A stretch of 32,000 nt of DNA from Candidatus Nitrospira inopinata (GCF_001458695.1 NZ_LN885086.1:270001-302000), one strand, 5' to 3'; counted from the stretch's first letter, positions 1 through 10,397 are shown. Translations and numbers: made by a program. The notes: a model not told the origin generated them from the letters alone.

Positions 1-566
1 ATCAAGAGACGAGGCGGCGAGTGGAGGGCGGGGGCATCGGAAGACCGATCGTCCTGGGACACAAATTCCCGTCGAATCGGCGTGCCGGTCACCCGAACCT
101 TTCGGCGGTCGAACCCCTGAGCCGCCGACTCGAATGCCAGAAAAATCCGCTGCGCGAACGGAGCGACGACCTTGTTCGCCATGCCGGGATAGGCGTTCGG
201 CTCCACGATGACACGCGGGGTTCCCCGCAAGAGAGCGGCCGCCAGCACGGCCGGACTGGTGTAGCCTCCGACTCCGATCACGAGATCAGCCCCGCGCCGT
301 TTCAAAATGGCGCGGGCTTGCCACAAGCCGATCGGAAGGGATAGTAATCCCTTCAGAACCTCGAACGGCCCCTTTCCCATCACCGGTTTCGCCGTAATGA
401 ACGCCAGCTCGAACCCTTCATGGGCCAACACCTTGGCTTCAATGCCGCGTTTCGTTCCGATGAACAGGATCTTGTTCGTGGCATCGCGGCGGAGAAATTC
501 GCGGGCCAGCGCCACGGCCGGATACAAATGGCCTCCGGTTCCTCCCGCGGCGATCACAACGGTCAT
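1..566 (-). CDS. murG: MurG, UDP-GlcNAc:lipid I N-acetylglucosaminyltransferase (N-terminal ~188 aa; 3' end lies beyond the window start)
   Basis: Not in the ORF track because it runs off the window. The reverse complement of 566..1 reads MTVVIAAGGTGGHLYPAVALAREFLRRDATNKILFIGTKRGIEAKVLAHEGFELAFI... The GGTGGH glycine loop is the MurG N-terminal signature. The ATG at 566-564 overlaps the ftsW stop (ATGA). It sits in the canonical dcw position after ftsW. Confidence 0.9.
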   Translation of the reverse strand, partial: MTVVIAAGGTGGHLYPAVALAREFLRRDATNKILFIGTKRGIEAKVLAHEGFELAFITAKPVMGKGPFEVLKGLLSLPIGLWQARAILKRRGADLVIGVGGYTSPAVLAAALLRGTPRVIVEPNAYPGMANKVVAPFAQRIFLAFESAAQGFDRRKVRVTGTPIRREFVSQDDRSSDAPALHSPPRLL

Positions 567-1762
567 CGGCGTTTCGAGCCTCCTCTTCTCCGTCCCGTGT
601 CTTCCCGCCCGGCCTGACGATCGCGCGAGATGTTCAGCAGAATTCCGACCCCCGTCATACAGGTCACCAACGACGAGCCCCCGTAACTGACGAACGGGAG
701 AGTCAGTCCTTTGGTCGGCAACAACCCCGTCACCACGCAGGCGTTGATCAAGACCTGAACGCCGATGAGCAGCGTAATGCCCATCCCCAGGTACCGGCCG
801 AACGGCATCCTCGCCCGAACCGAGATCTGAAACCCACGGACGACGAACAGGGCGAAGAGCGTGATGATGAGCCCCGTACCGATCAATCCCAATTCCTCGC
901 CCACCAACGCCAGCACGAAATCCGTATGGGCCTCCGGCAGAAAAAACAATTTCTGTTTCCCTTCCCCCAACCCCACGCCGAACAGCCCTCCGTGCCCGAA
1001 GGCCAGAAAGGACTGTGTGATCTGAAACCCCGTATTTGTCGGATCCTTCCAAGGCGCCAGGAAGACCAGCACTCGTTGAAGGCGAAAGCCGGACTGAAGC
1101 ACCAGCGCCGCAACGGCCGCGATGCCCCCCATTCCTAACAACAGAAGATGCGACAGCTTCGCTCCCGCCAAGAAAAAAAGCCCCATGACCGTCAGGCCCA
1201 TGACCACCACCGTGCCCAAGTCCCGCTCCAACAGCACCAAGCCCCCCAGCCCACCGAACACGACCAACGCCGGAACGAGGCCCGCAAAGAACCCGGTGAT
1301 CCGGTCTTCTTTCCTGGCCAAATATGCGGCAAGGTAGATCACCAGCGTCAGCTTGGCCATTTCCGCCGGCTGGACCATGATCGGTCCCGCCTGCAACCAT
1401 CGCCTGGCTCCCTTGGCGACGACGCCGATCGACGGAATCAAGACCATCGCCAAGAGAACCGCCGTCAGACCGAGCAGGGGAACGGCCAGCCTCTTCCACC
1501 AGACGTAGTCGAGGCGGGACACCACGTGCATCAGCAGAAGACCGATCGCCAACCAGGCGATCTGCCGTTTGAGAAAATATCCCGCGTCGTGAAACCGACT
1601 CCCGGCCACGACGGTGCTCGCGCTGAAGACCATCACCAGCCCGACAAGAGTCAGAACGATCGTGACGGCCAGCAAGGTATGGTCCATCGCCACCCGCTTG
1701 GCCGAACGCGATCCGGAAGAAGTCCAGGGCAACGGCAGCGTCCCCGAAGTTTTGTGCGACAT
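563..1762 (-). CDS. ftsW: FtsW, SEDS-family peptidoglycan polymerase / lipid II flippase-like division protein
   Basis: 399-aa polytopic membrane ORF with the SEDS hallmark ...FFLPEAHTDFVLALVGEELGLIG... It lies between murD and murG. An internal ATG at 1687 (MDHTLLAVTIVL...) is a plausible alternative start. Confidence 0.9.
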   Translation of the reverse strand: MSHKTSGTLPLPWTSSGSRSAKRVAMDHTLLAVTIVLTLVGLVMVFSASTVVAGSRFHDAGYFLKRQIAWLAIGLLLMHVVSRLDYVWWKRLAVPLLGLTAVLLAMVLIPSIGVVAKGARRWLQAGPIMVQPAEMAKLTLVIYLAAYLARKEDRITGFFAGLVPALVVFGGLGGLVLLERDLGTVVVMGLTVMGLFFLAGAKLSHLLLLGMGGIAAVAALVLQSGFRLQRVLVFLAPWKDPTNTGFQITQSFLAFGHGGLFGVGLGEGKQKLFFLPEAHTDFVLALVGEELGLIGTGLIITLFALFVVRGFQISVRARMPFGRYLGMGITLLIGVQVLINACVVTGLLPTKGLTLPFVSYGGSSLVTCMTGVGILLNISRDRQAGREDTGRRRGGSKRR

Positions 1763-1796
1763 TATTCGGCATCAACTTTCTTGCGACCCATCGCGG

Positions 1797-3215
1797 CTAT
1801 TCGGGCAAGGCGCACACCAACGATTTGAATTGGCGCCCCCTGTCCTGATAATCGGCAAACATGTCGAAGCTCGCACAAGCCGGCGACAGCAACACCACGT
1901 CGCCGGCCGTCGCGCCGGAGGCGGCGATCTCCACCGCTTCGCGGAGCGTGCCGGCCCGCTCGATCGATTCATACCCGCGCACGGCGTCGGCGATGAGCGG
2001 CGCGGCCTCTCCGATCAGCACCAGCCGCTTCACCCGTTGGCGGACGGCTGGAAGCAGGCGAGAGAAATCCCCTCCCTTGTCCCGCCCGCCGGCAATGAGC
2101 CAGATCGGCCGATCGATGCTTTCCAAGGCCTTGAGCGTGGCGTCCACGTTGGTGCCCTTCGAGTCATTGATGAATCGGACCCCCCGCCGGTCGCGAACGA
2201 CTTCCAGCGCGTGTTCAAGGCCGGGGAATTCCCGCAGAACCGATCGAACCGCCTCGACGGGACACCCGCACAGCAACGCAAACACGGACGCGGCCATCGC
2301 GTTCTCCACGTTGTGCGGCCCGATGATCGTGATCTCCCCGCGATGACAGACCTCCTGAACCCGTCCATCGATCACCGCCGTCACGCGCTCACCGTCCAGA
2401 TAGGCGCCTCCTTCAACGTCGGACGGCAACACCCCTTGCTTCGTGAACCCCAGGACGCGGGCCTTCGCCTGCCGCCTGAGCGGCGCAACCAGCGGATCGT
2501 CAAGGTTAAAGAGGGCGTCGTCGTCGGACGTTTGATTCTCGAAAATCCTGGCCTTGGCCGCGATGTACTCATCCAGCGAGTCGTATCGGTCCTGATGATC
2601 GACGGTCACGTTCAAGATCGCGGCGATTCGCGGATGAAACCGCTCCACGGTTTCCAACTGGAAGCTGGACACTTCCACGACCAGCGCGTCGAACGGACCG
2701 GATCCCGCATCGGCTCGATCGGCACGGAGCGCCCGGCTCGCCGCTTCGCTGAGCGGAACGCCCAAATTTCCTCCGACGAACACGCGCTTGCCGCTTGCCT
2801 GCAACATCTTGCCGATCAACGTCACGGTGGTGCTCTTGCCGTTGGTGCCGGTGACGGCCAACAGCGGAGCGGACAGAAACCGGGAGGCCAGTTCGAGCTC
2901 GCTCAACACTTTGACTCCCCGCCGGCGCGCCCGTTCCAACGCCCCCGCCCGGTACGGCACGCCCGGACTGATGACCACCAGCTCGGCGGCATCGATCGCC
3001 GACTCATAGTCCGGTCCCGCCGCGACGGTAACCGCGGACCGATCAAGCCGTTCAAGGCTCTGCCGCAATTCGGCCCGATCCTTTCGATCCGCCACCGTCA
3101 CCAGAGCGCCGGCCTCTTCCAGCAATCGGGCGGCGGCCACCCCGCTTCGAGCCAACCCCACGACCGTGACCCTGACTCCTCTGACGTTCAGTCTCTCCGG
3201 CGCGACCATGTTCAT
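1797..3215 (-). CDS. murD: MurD, UDP-N-acetylmuramoyl-L-alanine:D-glutamate ligase
   Basis: 472-aa ORF with an N-terminal Rossmann-like [15 protein letters not shown] and the Mur-ligase P-loop [11 protein letters not shown]. It lies between mraY and ftsW. Confidence 0.93.
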   Translation of the reverse strand: MNMVAPERLNVRGVRVTVVGLARSGVAAARLLEEAGALVTVADRKDRAELRQSLERLDRSAVTVAAGPDYESAIDAAELVVISPGVPYRAGALERARRRGVKVLSELELASRFLSAPLLAVTGTNGKSTTVTLIGKMLQASGKRVFVGGNLGVPLSEAASRALRADRADAGSGPFDALVVEVSSFQLETVERFHPRIAAILNVTVDHQDRYDSLDEYIAAKARIFENQTSDDDALFNLDDPLVAPLRRQAKARVLGFTKQGVLPSDVEGGAYLDGERVTAVIDGRVQEVCHRGEITIIGPHNVENAMAASVFALLCGCPVEAVRSVLREFPGLEHALEVVRDRRGVRFINDSKGTNVDATLKALESIDRPIWLIAGGRDKGGDFSRLLPAVRQRVKRLVLIGEAAPLIADAVRGYESIERAGTLREAVEIAASGATAGDVVLLSPACASFDMFADYQDRGRQFKSLVCALPE

Positions 3216-3219
3216 CTCG

Positions 3220-4296
3220 TTACCGCAGCTTCAACGTGCTCAGGCTCAGCAGCGCCAAGAGAATGGCGATAATCCACAGACGCACCACCACCTTGGGTTC
3301 TTCCCATCCCTTCATTTCAAAATGATGGTGAATCGGAGCCATCAGAAAAATGCGCTTCCCCCTGGACTTGTAGGAGAGCACTTGAAAAATGACCGACACC
3401 GCTTCGATCACGAAGACCCCGCCGACCAAGAGCAGCAGCAACTCGTGCTTGGTGATGACCGCCACCGTCCCCAACGCGGCGCCGAGGGGCAGCGAGCCCA
3501 CGTCTCCCATGAACACGGACGCCGGGTAGGTGTTGTACCAAAGGAATCCCAAGCTGGCCCCCAGGATCGACGCCGTGAAAACGGCCAATTCCCCCGCTCC
3601 CTCGATATGAGGGATCAACAGGTACTCCGACATCAACCGGTGTCCGGTCACGTAGGCGACCACGGTGTAGGCCAAGGCCGCGATCATGATGGGGCCGACC
3701 GCCAGCCCGTCCAACCCGTCGGTCAGGTTGACGGCATTGGAGCTGCCCACGATGACAAGCACGGCGAAGACGACGTAGAACCATCCCAGATCCGGCATAA
3801 AGTTTTTAAAAAACGGCACGCTCAGCTTGGTGCTGTAATTGGGCAGTAAATACAGCGTGAGCGCGATACCCAGGGCGATACAGACTTGCGCCGCAAATTT
3901 TTGCGACGCCGACAACCCCTTCGAACGGGCTTTCACGAACTTGAGGTAGTCGTCCGCAAACCCGATGACGAAGAAACCGAAGGTGGCCGCGAGGACCAGC
4001 CAGATGACGGGTCGGGAGATGTCGGCCCACAGCAGCGTCGACAGCATGACGGCGAAGATGATCAGAATTCCCCCCATCGTCGGCGTTCCGCTCTTGGCCA
4101 GGTGCCGCTTCGGCCCGTCCTCCCGCACCTGTTGTCCCAACTTGATTTCTTGCAGCTTGCGAATCATGGGAGGGGCCAGAACGAACGCGATCAGAAACGC
4201 CGTCACGGCGGCGTAAATGATCCGAAAGCTCTGATACCGAAACACGTTCAGAAACGAAAATTCCGTATGGAGCGGATAGAGCCAGTTATAGAGCAT
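3220..4296 (-). CDS. mraY: MraY, phospho-N-acetylmuramoyl-pentapeptide transferase
   Basis: 358-aa membrane ORF with MraY signatures [22 protein letters not shown] and MAPIHHHFE. Confidence 0.95.
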   Translation of the reverse strand: MLYNWLYPLHTEFSFLNVFRYQSFRIIYAAVTAFLIAFVLAPPMIRKLQEIKLGQQVREDGPKRHLAKSGTPTMGGILIIFAVMLSTLLWADISRPVIWLVLAATFGFFVIGFADDYLKFVKARSKGLSASQKFAAQVCIALGIALTLYLLPNYSTKLSVPFFKNFMPDLGWFYVVFAVLVIVGSSNAVNLTDGLDGLAVGPIMIAALAYTVVAYVTGHRLMSEYLLIPHIEGAGELAVFTASILGASLGFLWYNTYPASVFMGDVGSLPLGAALGTVAVITKHELLLLLVGGVFVIEAVSVIFQVLSYKSRGKRIFLMAPIHHHFEMKGWEEPKVVVRLWIIAILLALLSLSTLKLR

Positions 4297-4354
4297 GGTC
4301 CGTTTCGGATCTCGTGATGCGGAGCGATCGAGCCCCTCTCACGAACACTCCCGG

Positions 4355-5848
4355 TTATGAAGCCTTTCGGGTCTCGCTTCCGACCCCTTGCAGCGCCTCG
4401 ATCGCCCGCTCCAATTTCATCCCGCGCGACCCCTTGACCAGCACCACGTCCCCCGATTTCGCGACGGCCTTGACGGCCTCCCCCGCGCGAACCGCGTCGG
4501 AAACAAGGACGATTCTCGATCGATCCAAACCGCCGCGCTCCGCTCCGGCCGCGACGTGCCTTCCCAACGCCCCGCACGCCACCAATCGGTGAATTCCCTG
4601 TTCCGCTACGAACGCTCCGATCTCCTCGTGCATCGAGGCGGCGTCGGCCCCCAGCTCCAGCATCTCGCCGAGGACGGCGATCGTCGTTCGTCCGCTCCCC
4701 CGTTGCGCCAACAGCCGCACCGCCGCTTTCATCGAGGCCGGGTTGGCGTTGTAACAATCGTTGATGATCGTGACGCCGCGGCTCACGACGATTTGCGACC
4801 GCATGGCCGCCGGTCTGAAACGGGAGAGCCCTTTGGCGATCAGGCCTCCGGAAAGACCCAGCTCGCAGCCGACCGCCGCGGCGGCCAGGGCGTTCATGAC
4901 GTTGTGCTCCCCTTGGACGTGCAATCGCACCGTCGTGTGTCGGATTTTCCCGGGCAGCGTCAGGTTGAAAACCGTTCCGTTGCGCCGGTCGGGTTTGATG
5001 TCGGTCGCCCACACGTCGGCTTTCGGAGACAATCCGAACGACACGACGCGGCACCGGGCCCTCGACGCCAGATACTCGAAATAGGGATCGTCGGCGTTCA
5101 AGACGGCCGCGCCGTTTTCCGCGAGCAGATCGAGCAGTTCGGCCTTCGCCTGAGCCGATCCCTCCATGTTCCCGAAGAATTCCAAATGATCGGGGCCGAC
5201 GTTGGTCACGATGCCGATGGTCGGCCTGGCGATCTCGCAGAGCCTCGTCGTCTGACCGACACGATCGACCCCCATCTCGATCACGGCCGCCTCGTGCCTG
5301 CCGTCAAGGCGGAACAACGTCCGGGGAACGCCGATCCGATTGTTCAGGTTGCCTTCGGTTTTCAGCACCCTCCAGCGCCTCGCCAACACGGCGGCCACCA
5401 TTTCCTTGGTCGTGGTTTTGCCGTTGCTTCCCGTCACCGCCACCACCGGAACGTCGAACCGGCCGCGATGATGGGCGGCGAGCTGCTGATACGCGAACAA
5501 TGGGTCGCGAACGCCCAGGATGAGCGGCGTTCGTCCGTTCCGCCCCATCTTCTTCATCAACGACGCGCCGTCAAAAGAGTCATGAACGATGGCGCCCATC
5601 GCTCCGCGGGAGACCGCCTCCCCGACGAAATCATGACCGTCGAACCGATCGCCTCTGATCGCCACGAACAAATCGCCCAGTCGAATGGATCGGCTGTCCA
5701 AATGCACTCGCCGAACGGGCCGTTTGAGCCAACCGAGCCGCTCGCCCGACAAGACCTTGGTGCTGATCACTTCCCTCAGTTCTTCAACGGTAAACAGGGG
5801 CATGGGAATCTTGCGTCCCTCCGACGCGGATTTCTCTTTCACGCACAA
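4355..5848 (-). CDS. murF: MurF, UDP-MurNAc-tripeptide:D-Ala-D-Ala ligase
   Basis: Mur-ligase P-loop VAVTGSNGKTTTKEM, in dcw position after murE. The longest ORF starts at 5848 and overlaps the murE end by 10 nt. The ATG at 5803 (MPLFTVEELREV...) looks more like a native MurF N-terminus, so the start is uncertain by 45 nt. Confidence 0.9.
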   Translation of the reverse strand: MCVKEKSASEGRKIPMPLFTVEELREVISTKVLSGERLGWLKRPVRRVHLDSRSIRLGDLFVAIRGDRFDGHDFVGEAVSRGAMGAIVHDSFDGASLMKKMGRNGRTPLILGVRDPLFAYQQLAAHHRGRFDVPVVAVTGSNGKTTTKEMVAAVLARRWRVLKTEGNLNNRIGVPRTLFRLDGRHEAAVIEMGVDRVGQTTRLCEIARPTIGIVTNVGPDHLEFFGNMEGSAQAKAELLDLLAENGAAVLNADDPYFEYLASRARCRVVSFGLSPKADVWATDIKPDRRNGTVFNLTLPGKIRHTTVRLHVQGEHNVMNALAAAAVGCELGLSGGLIAKGLSRFRPAAMRSQIVVSRGVTIINDCYNANPASMKAAVRLLAQRGSGRTTIAVLGEMLELGADAASMHEEIGAFVAEQGIHRLVACGALGRHVAAGAERGGLDRSRIVLVSDAVRAGEAVKAVAKSGDVVLVKGSRGMKLERAIEALQGVGSETRKAS

Positions 5849-7341
5849 CGTTTGATCCGCTCGATGGCCTCGCGCGCCACCTCGCGATCGTCGAAATGAA
5901 ATTTTTGCGTCCCGATGATCTGGTAGTCTTCATGCCCTTTGCCGGCGATCACCACCATGTCACCGGGACGGGCCAGGCCGACGGCCGTCTCGATCGCCGC
6001 TCGCCGATCGGCGACTTTTTGATACTGAACCTCGGGACGTTCCTTTAACGCCTCGATGACGCCGGCCTCCACTTCGCCGAGGATCGACAGGGGATCTTCG
6101 GTTCTTGGATTATCCGAGGTCAAAATCACGACGTCGCTGTGTCGCACGGCCGCTTTCCCCATCTTGGGTCTCTTCCCCCGATCACGATCTCCTCCGCATC
6201 CAAAGACCGTGATGATGCAACCGGTCTTGACGGCCTGCGCGGCGGTCAACAACCGGATCAAGGCGTCCTCCGTGTGGGCGTAATCGACCACCACCGTAAA
6301 CGGCTGCCCAGCCATCACGCGCTCGAATCGTCCTGGCACGTTGGTCACGCGCGCCGCCGCCTCCCGTATCTGATCGGGCGTGGCGCCTTCATGCAGCGCG
6401 ACCCCGATCGCGGCCAGCAGGTTATAGACATTGTGCTCGCCAACAAGGTGACTCTCGACGGGAAACGATCCGGCCGGCGTCACGGCCGTGAAGGTGGCGC
6501 CTCCTATCGACAGCCGAACGTTGTCCGCCCGCACATCGGCCTTTTCTCTGATCCCGTAGGTCCAAACCGGTGCGGGGCACAGCCGCGCGATCCGCACCCC
6601 GGCCGGGTCATCGACGTTCACAATGGCCCGCTTGTTCGATTTGCCCGTCCCCGTCAGACCGGTAAACAGCCGCAATTTCGCCTGAAAATACGCTTCCATC
6701 GTCTTGTGAAAATCGAGATGGTCCTGCGTCAGGTTCGAAAACACGGCGACGTCGTATTCGCAGCCGGCGGTGCGGTCCTGGGCCAGGGCGTGGGAGGACA
6801 CCTCCATCACGACCGCCGCGCAACGATCCGCAACCATCTTGGCCAGCAACTGTTGCAACTCCAGCGCGCCGGGCGTGGTCTGCGAAGCCGGAACCGTCTG
6901 CCCCCCGATCCGGTAGGCCACGGTGCCGATCAAACCGACCCGGAGCCCCATCGTTTCCAGCATGGCCTGGCACAGGTAGGTCGTGGTCGTCTTGCCGTTC
7001 GTGCCGGTCACGCCGATCATGCGCATCGTGGACGACGGTTCCCCGTAGAATCGGCTTGCGAGAAACCCGAGCGACTTTTTTGAATCCGCCACCAGCGCGA
7101 AGGGAATCGAGCGGTCCCAGGGCGGCCGCTCCAGCACCAACGCGATCGCGCCGGCCTTCGCCGCCGCGGGAACATATTCATGGCCGTCCACCCGTTCGCC
7201 CTTCACGGCCACGAATGCGCTCCCGGGCCGAACGGATCGAGAATCGTCCGTGACGGCGACGACGGTCACGCCATGATCTCCCCCTCGGTCGATGATCTCG
7301 ACCCGCCCTTCAAGCGCCCGAAGGAGTTCCGCAAAGGTCAT
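5839..7341 (-). CDS. murE: MurE, UDP-MurNAc-L-Ala-D-Glu:meso-diaminopimelate ligase
   Basis: 500-aa ORF with the P-loop IGVTGTNGKTTTTYL. It has a DNPR motif (LTSDNPRTEDP), which is typical of meso-DAP-adding MurE. Confidence 0.93.
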   Translation of the reverse strand: MTFAELLRALEGRVEIIDRGGDHGVTVVAVTDDSRSVRPGSAFVAVKGERVDGHEYVPAAAKAGAIALVLERPPWDRSIPFALVADSKKSLGFLASRFYGEPSSTMRMIGVTGTNGKTTTTYLCQAMLETMGLRVGLIGTVAYRIGGQTVPASQTTPGALELQQLLAKMVADRCAAVVMEVSSHALAQDRTAGCEYDVAVFSNLTQDHLDFHKTMEAYFQAKLRLFTGLTGTGKSNKRAIVNVDDPAGVRIARLCPAPVWTYGIREKADVRADNVRLSIGGATFTAVTPAGSFPVESHLVGEHNVYNLLAAIGVALHEGATPDQIREAAARVTNVPGRFERVMAGQPFTVVVDYAHTEDALIRLLTAAQAVKTGCIITVFGCGGDRDRGKRPKMGKAAVRHSDVVILTSDNPRTEDPLSILGEVEAGVIEALKERPEVQYQKVADRRAAIETAVGLARPGDMVVIAGKGHEDYQIIGTQKFHFDDREVAREAIERIKRCA

Positions 7342-7369
7342 CGCCGTTCACCGAGTCTGGGAATGAACT

Positions 7370-9094
7370 TCACCGCCTCGCGGTTGCCATCGCAAGCCGG
7401 ACCGGTTCATTCGATGAGATTCCCCAATACTTCAACACCTGTTCGCCCACGCGACGAAACACCGGCGCGGCCACGGTCCCTCCCCAGGCCTCGCCGTTCG
7501 GCTCGTCGATCACCACGATCATGGCCAATTTGGGATTCTCCGCCGGAACGTATCCCGCGAAAGAACTGACGAACTTCGTGGTCGAATAGGTCCGCGTGCG
7601 CCGATCGATTTTCTGGGCCGTTCCGGTTTTTCCGGCCACGCGAAATCCCTCGATCGCGGCTTTGCCGCCCGTGCCGTCGGTCACCACTCCTTCGAGAATC
7701 GAAGTGACGGTTCGCGCGGTTTCCGGGGAAATGACGCGGCGCTTCGCGGAAGGGAGCACCCGCTTGATGACCAATCCATGGGCATCTCGAATTTCCGAGA
7801 CCACATAGGGTTTCATCAATATCCCGCCGTTCGCGATGGCCGCCATCGCCGAGACCATTTGAATCGGCGTCACGCCGATTTCCTGCCCCATCGAAACGGA
7901 CGCCGCCGTCCTTTTTCCCCACTCCTTGGGATTTTTCAGCAATCCCGCCGTTTCGCCGGGAAGATCGATCTCCGTCCGCTCTCCGAATCCAAAGGCCCGG
8001 AAATACCGATACAGCCGTTCTTCACCCAGCGCCATGCCGACCTTAGCCGCGCCGACGTTGCTCGACTTCTGCACCACTTGCGCAAACGACATCCAGCCGA
8101 GTTTCTCGTGATCATGAATCACGGTGTTGGAGACGGCCAGGCGGCCCTGTTCGCCATAGACCAACGTGGTCGGCGTCATCACTCCTTCCTCGATCGCCGC
8201 CGCGGCCAATATCGCTTTCATCGTCGAGCCCGGCTCATAGGCATCCGCCACGGCCCGGTTGCGCCACCGATCCGGCTCCAACCCGGCGATCGCGTTGGGA
8301 TTAAATCGCGGGCTGACGGCCAAAGCCAACAGAGCCCCGCTGCCGGGGTCCAGAACGATCGCCGTTCCCGACTTGGCGCGCGAGCGGGCGACGGCCTCTT
8401 CCAGTTCCTTCTCCACGATGTATTGAATCACCTCGTCGATGGTCAACACCAGTTGGTGGCCCGGCGCGGGAGCCGGCTCCTCCGACAAGCCTTTCGGAAA
8501 GACGGCGCGGCCTCGAGCATCTTTCTGAAGCACGATCGCTCGTTTTTCCCCGCGCAATTCTTTCTCATATCGACGTTCAATGCCCTCCAGTCCCTCCCCG
8601 TCCATGCCCGCAAAGCCCAGCACGTGAGACAACAGCGGCCCCTTCGGGTAGAACCGCCGGCCCTCCATCTTGACGCCGACGCCTTCCATGGAAGATACGC
8701 GCTCGACCAGATGTCGCCGGTCAGGATCCACTTTTCGGGCCAGCCACACAAATCCTCTCGGCTGGCGGAGCTTTCGCTCCAGATCCTCGCTCCGCACGTG
8801 TAGAAGAGGGGCCAGCTCTCGGGCCGTTCGGGCGGGGCTGTCGAGAACGGTCGGAACACCATAAACCGACGGCACTTCCAGATTCATCGCCAATACTTTT
8901 CCATGACGATCGACGATCGCGCCCCGCACTCCCTCTACCGAGACGGTCGTTTGATGTTGTCGGTCCGCCTTGGCCGTCAGTTCGGCGGCTTGCAAAACCT
9001 GCAATGTAACCAGTCTAGACAGTACTACTCCGAACCCGCTTAAAAGCAATAAGATCGTGAAGAATCGACGACCGCGGGAAAGGGGGGCTGCCAC
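7370..9094 (-). CDS. ftsI: FtsI-type class B penicillin-binding protein (peptidoglycan D,D-transpeptidase)
   Basis: 574-aa ORF with an N-terminal TM anchor and the SxxK (STMK), SxN (SSN) and KTG (KTGT) transpeptidase motifs. The start is GTG at 9094. It lies between ftsL and murE. Confidence 0.92.
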   Translation of the reverse strand: MAAPLSRGRRFFTILLLLSGFGVVLSRLVTLQVLQAAELTAKADRQHQTTVSVEGVRGAIVDRHGKVLAMNLEVPSVYGVPTVLDSPARTARELAPLLHVRSEDLERKLRQPRGFVWLARKVDPDRRHLVERVSSMEGVGVKMEGRRFYPKGPLLSHVLGFAGMDGEGLEGIERRYEKELRGEKRAIVLQKDARGRAVFPKGLSEEPAPAPGHQLVLTIDEVIQYIVEKELEEAVARSRAKSGTAIVLDPGSGALLALAVSPRFNPNAIAGLEPDRWRNRAVADAYEPGSTMKAILAAAAIEEGVMTPTTLVYGEQGRLAVSNTVIHDHEKLGWMSFAQVVQKSSNVGAAKVGMALGEERLYRYFRAFGFGERTEIDLPGETAGLLKNPKEWGKRTAASVSMGQEIGVTPIQMVSAMAAIANGGILMKPYVVSEIRDAHGLVIKRVLPSAKRRVISPETARTVTSILEGVVTDGTGGKAAIEGFRVAGKTGTAQKIDRRTRTYSTTKFVSSFAGYVPAENPKLAMIVVIDEPNGEAWGGTVAAPVFRRVGEQVLKYWGISSNEPVRLAMATARR

Positions 9095-9426
9095 TATCTC
9101 CCCCCTTCGCCCGCGTCGTTTCGCGCCACGCGGATTTCAACCGGAACGGGCCGCGGAACGGAGGGGCTCGCCGGCCTGGAGTTCACCATGACGATCTGCC
9201 CGTCCTGCGGCAACGTCATACCCAGCCGTTCGGTCGCCACTTTGGCGATGCGATCCGGCGCGCTGAGCGCGGACAGTTGCACGCGAAGATGATCGCGCTC
9301 TCGCTCAAGGCGCGTCTTCTCGGCCTTGAGCCGTTGGATCTGGTATCCGACCCGCACGATGTCGCCGCGCTCCCACACAAACGCCAGCACCAGGCACAAG
9401 CCGCCAAGGCAGGCCAGAATCCTCAT
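9094..9426 (-). CDS. ftsL: FtsL-like cell division protein (short bitopic coiled-coil protein)
   Basis: The 176-aa track ORF (9094..9624) overlaps rsmH. The ATG at 9426 gives MRILACLGGLCLVLAFVWERGDIVRVGYQIQRLKAEKTRLERERDHLRVQL..., a TM helix plus coiled coil as expected for FtsL. That ATG overlaps the rsmH stop (ATGA at 9423-9426). The FtsL stop TAG shares one nt with the ftsI GTG. Confidence 0.7.
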   Translation of the reverse strand: MRILACLGGLCLVLAFVWERGDIVRVGYQIQRLKAEKTRLERERDHLRVQLSALSAPDRIAKVATERLGMTLPQDGQIVMVNSRPASPSVPRPVPVEIRVARNDAGEGGR

Positions 9427-10358
9427 CGCGTCGTCCTTTCCACCACGCGTTCGGCGACTCGCAGCTTGGCGCTGCGCGCCCGTGGATTTTCCCGACATTC
9501 CTCGTCCGAGGGAACGATGGGCTTTTTGGTGAGCACCGAAAGCCGCGCGCCCGGCCCTTGCGCCAGCGCACGAAACACCCGCTTCACGATGCGATCTTCG
9601 AGCGAATGAAAGGAAACGACGCACAGTCTTCCTCCCGGCGCCAACAGGTCCGCCGCGTCGTCGAGCGCGGGTTCCAGACTTTCAAGTTCGCGGTTGACGG
9701 CGATCCTCAGGGCCTGAAACGCTCTCGTCGCACAATGAATCCGTCCGTGGCGATAGGCGGAGGGAACCGCCTTGGCGATGATCGACGCCAGCTCGCCCGT
9801 CGTCTTAATAGGGCTTCGCTCTCTCGCCCGCACGATCGCGCGGGCGATCCGTCTGGCATACCGCTCGTCCCCATACTGGTAGATGATGTCCGCCAGGGCA
9901 TGCTCCGACTCCCGATTGACCAACGTCGCCGCCGTCACCCCCGCCGTCTGGTCCATGCGCATGTCGAGCGGCCCGTCTTCCCGGAAGCTGAACCCTCGCT
10001 GGGGATCGTCAAATTGAGGGGACGACACTCCCAAATCAAACAACACGCCCCCAACTTGCGGAACTCCCATGTCCATCAGGCAACATTTGAGATCCCGATA
10101 ATCTGTCTGTTTTAACGTCACCCGATCTCCAAATTCCGCCAACCGCTCCTTTGAAGAGGCGATCGCCTCACCGTCACGATCCAGACCGATCAATTTCATG
10201 GTTGAATCCGAATTTCTCAGAAGTATTTCAGCATGCCCGCCATATCCCACCGTGCAATCAAGAATGACTCGTGGATTCTGAGAAAGTAGCCATCCTGTGA
10301 CTTCAGTTATCAGAACTGGAATGTGTACCAATCGATCTCCACATTCAAACCAAATCAC
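9423..10358 (-). CDS. rsmH: RsmH (MraW), 16S rRNA m4C1402 methyltransferase
   Basis: Carries HIPVLITEV, the SAM-binding DCTVGYGGHA and VVSFHSLEDRIVKRVF. It is the first gene of the dcw cluster. The GTG at 10358 is the longest start. The TTG at 10331 is preceded by GGAG at 5-nt spacing and is an alternative. Confidence 0.9.
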   Translation of the reverse strand: MIWFECGDRLVHIPVLITEVTGWLLSQNPRVILDCTVGYGGHAEILLRNSDSTMKLIGLDRDGEAIASSKERLAEFGDRVTLKQTDYRDLKCCLMDMGVPQVGGVLFDLGVSSPQFDDPQRGFSFREDGPLDMRMDQTAGVTAATLVNRESEHALADIIYQYGDERYARRIARAIVRARERSPIKTTGELASIIAKAVPSAYRHGRIHCATRAFQALRIAVNRELESLEPALDDAADLLAPGGRLCVVSFHSLEDRIVKRVFRALAQGPGARLSVLTKKPIVPSDEECRENPRARSAKLRVAERVVERTTR

Positions 10359-10377
10359 TCCACTTTATTCCACTTAG

Positions 10378-10397
10378 GTGGGGAGTATACTCCCCAC
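10378..10397. promoter_or_regulatory. Perfect 20-bp palindrome GTGGGGAGTA|TACTCCCCAC just upstream of rsmH (candidate operator or 5'-UTR hairpin)
   Basis: Read directly from the sequence. It lies 20 bp upstream of the GTG at 10358. Two GTGGA boxes phased 10 bp apart sit on the minus strand next to it (10363-10359 and 10373-10369). Confidence 0.4.

Noticed and set aside
9427-9624. N-terminal extensions offered by the ORF track: ftsL to 9624, yajQ to 13418, hsp20 to 16807, Ppd alpha to 22699, SCP2 to 30834, PilZ to 25265, and the hypothetical proteins to 10436 and 22597.
   Set aside because: The extensions overlap neighbouring genes or a mapped promoter and lack homology to the family N-termini. 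In most of these cases an internal start has a well-spaced Shine-Dalgarno sequence or an ATGA coupling overlap.
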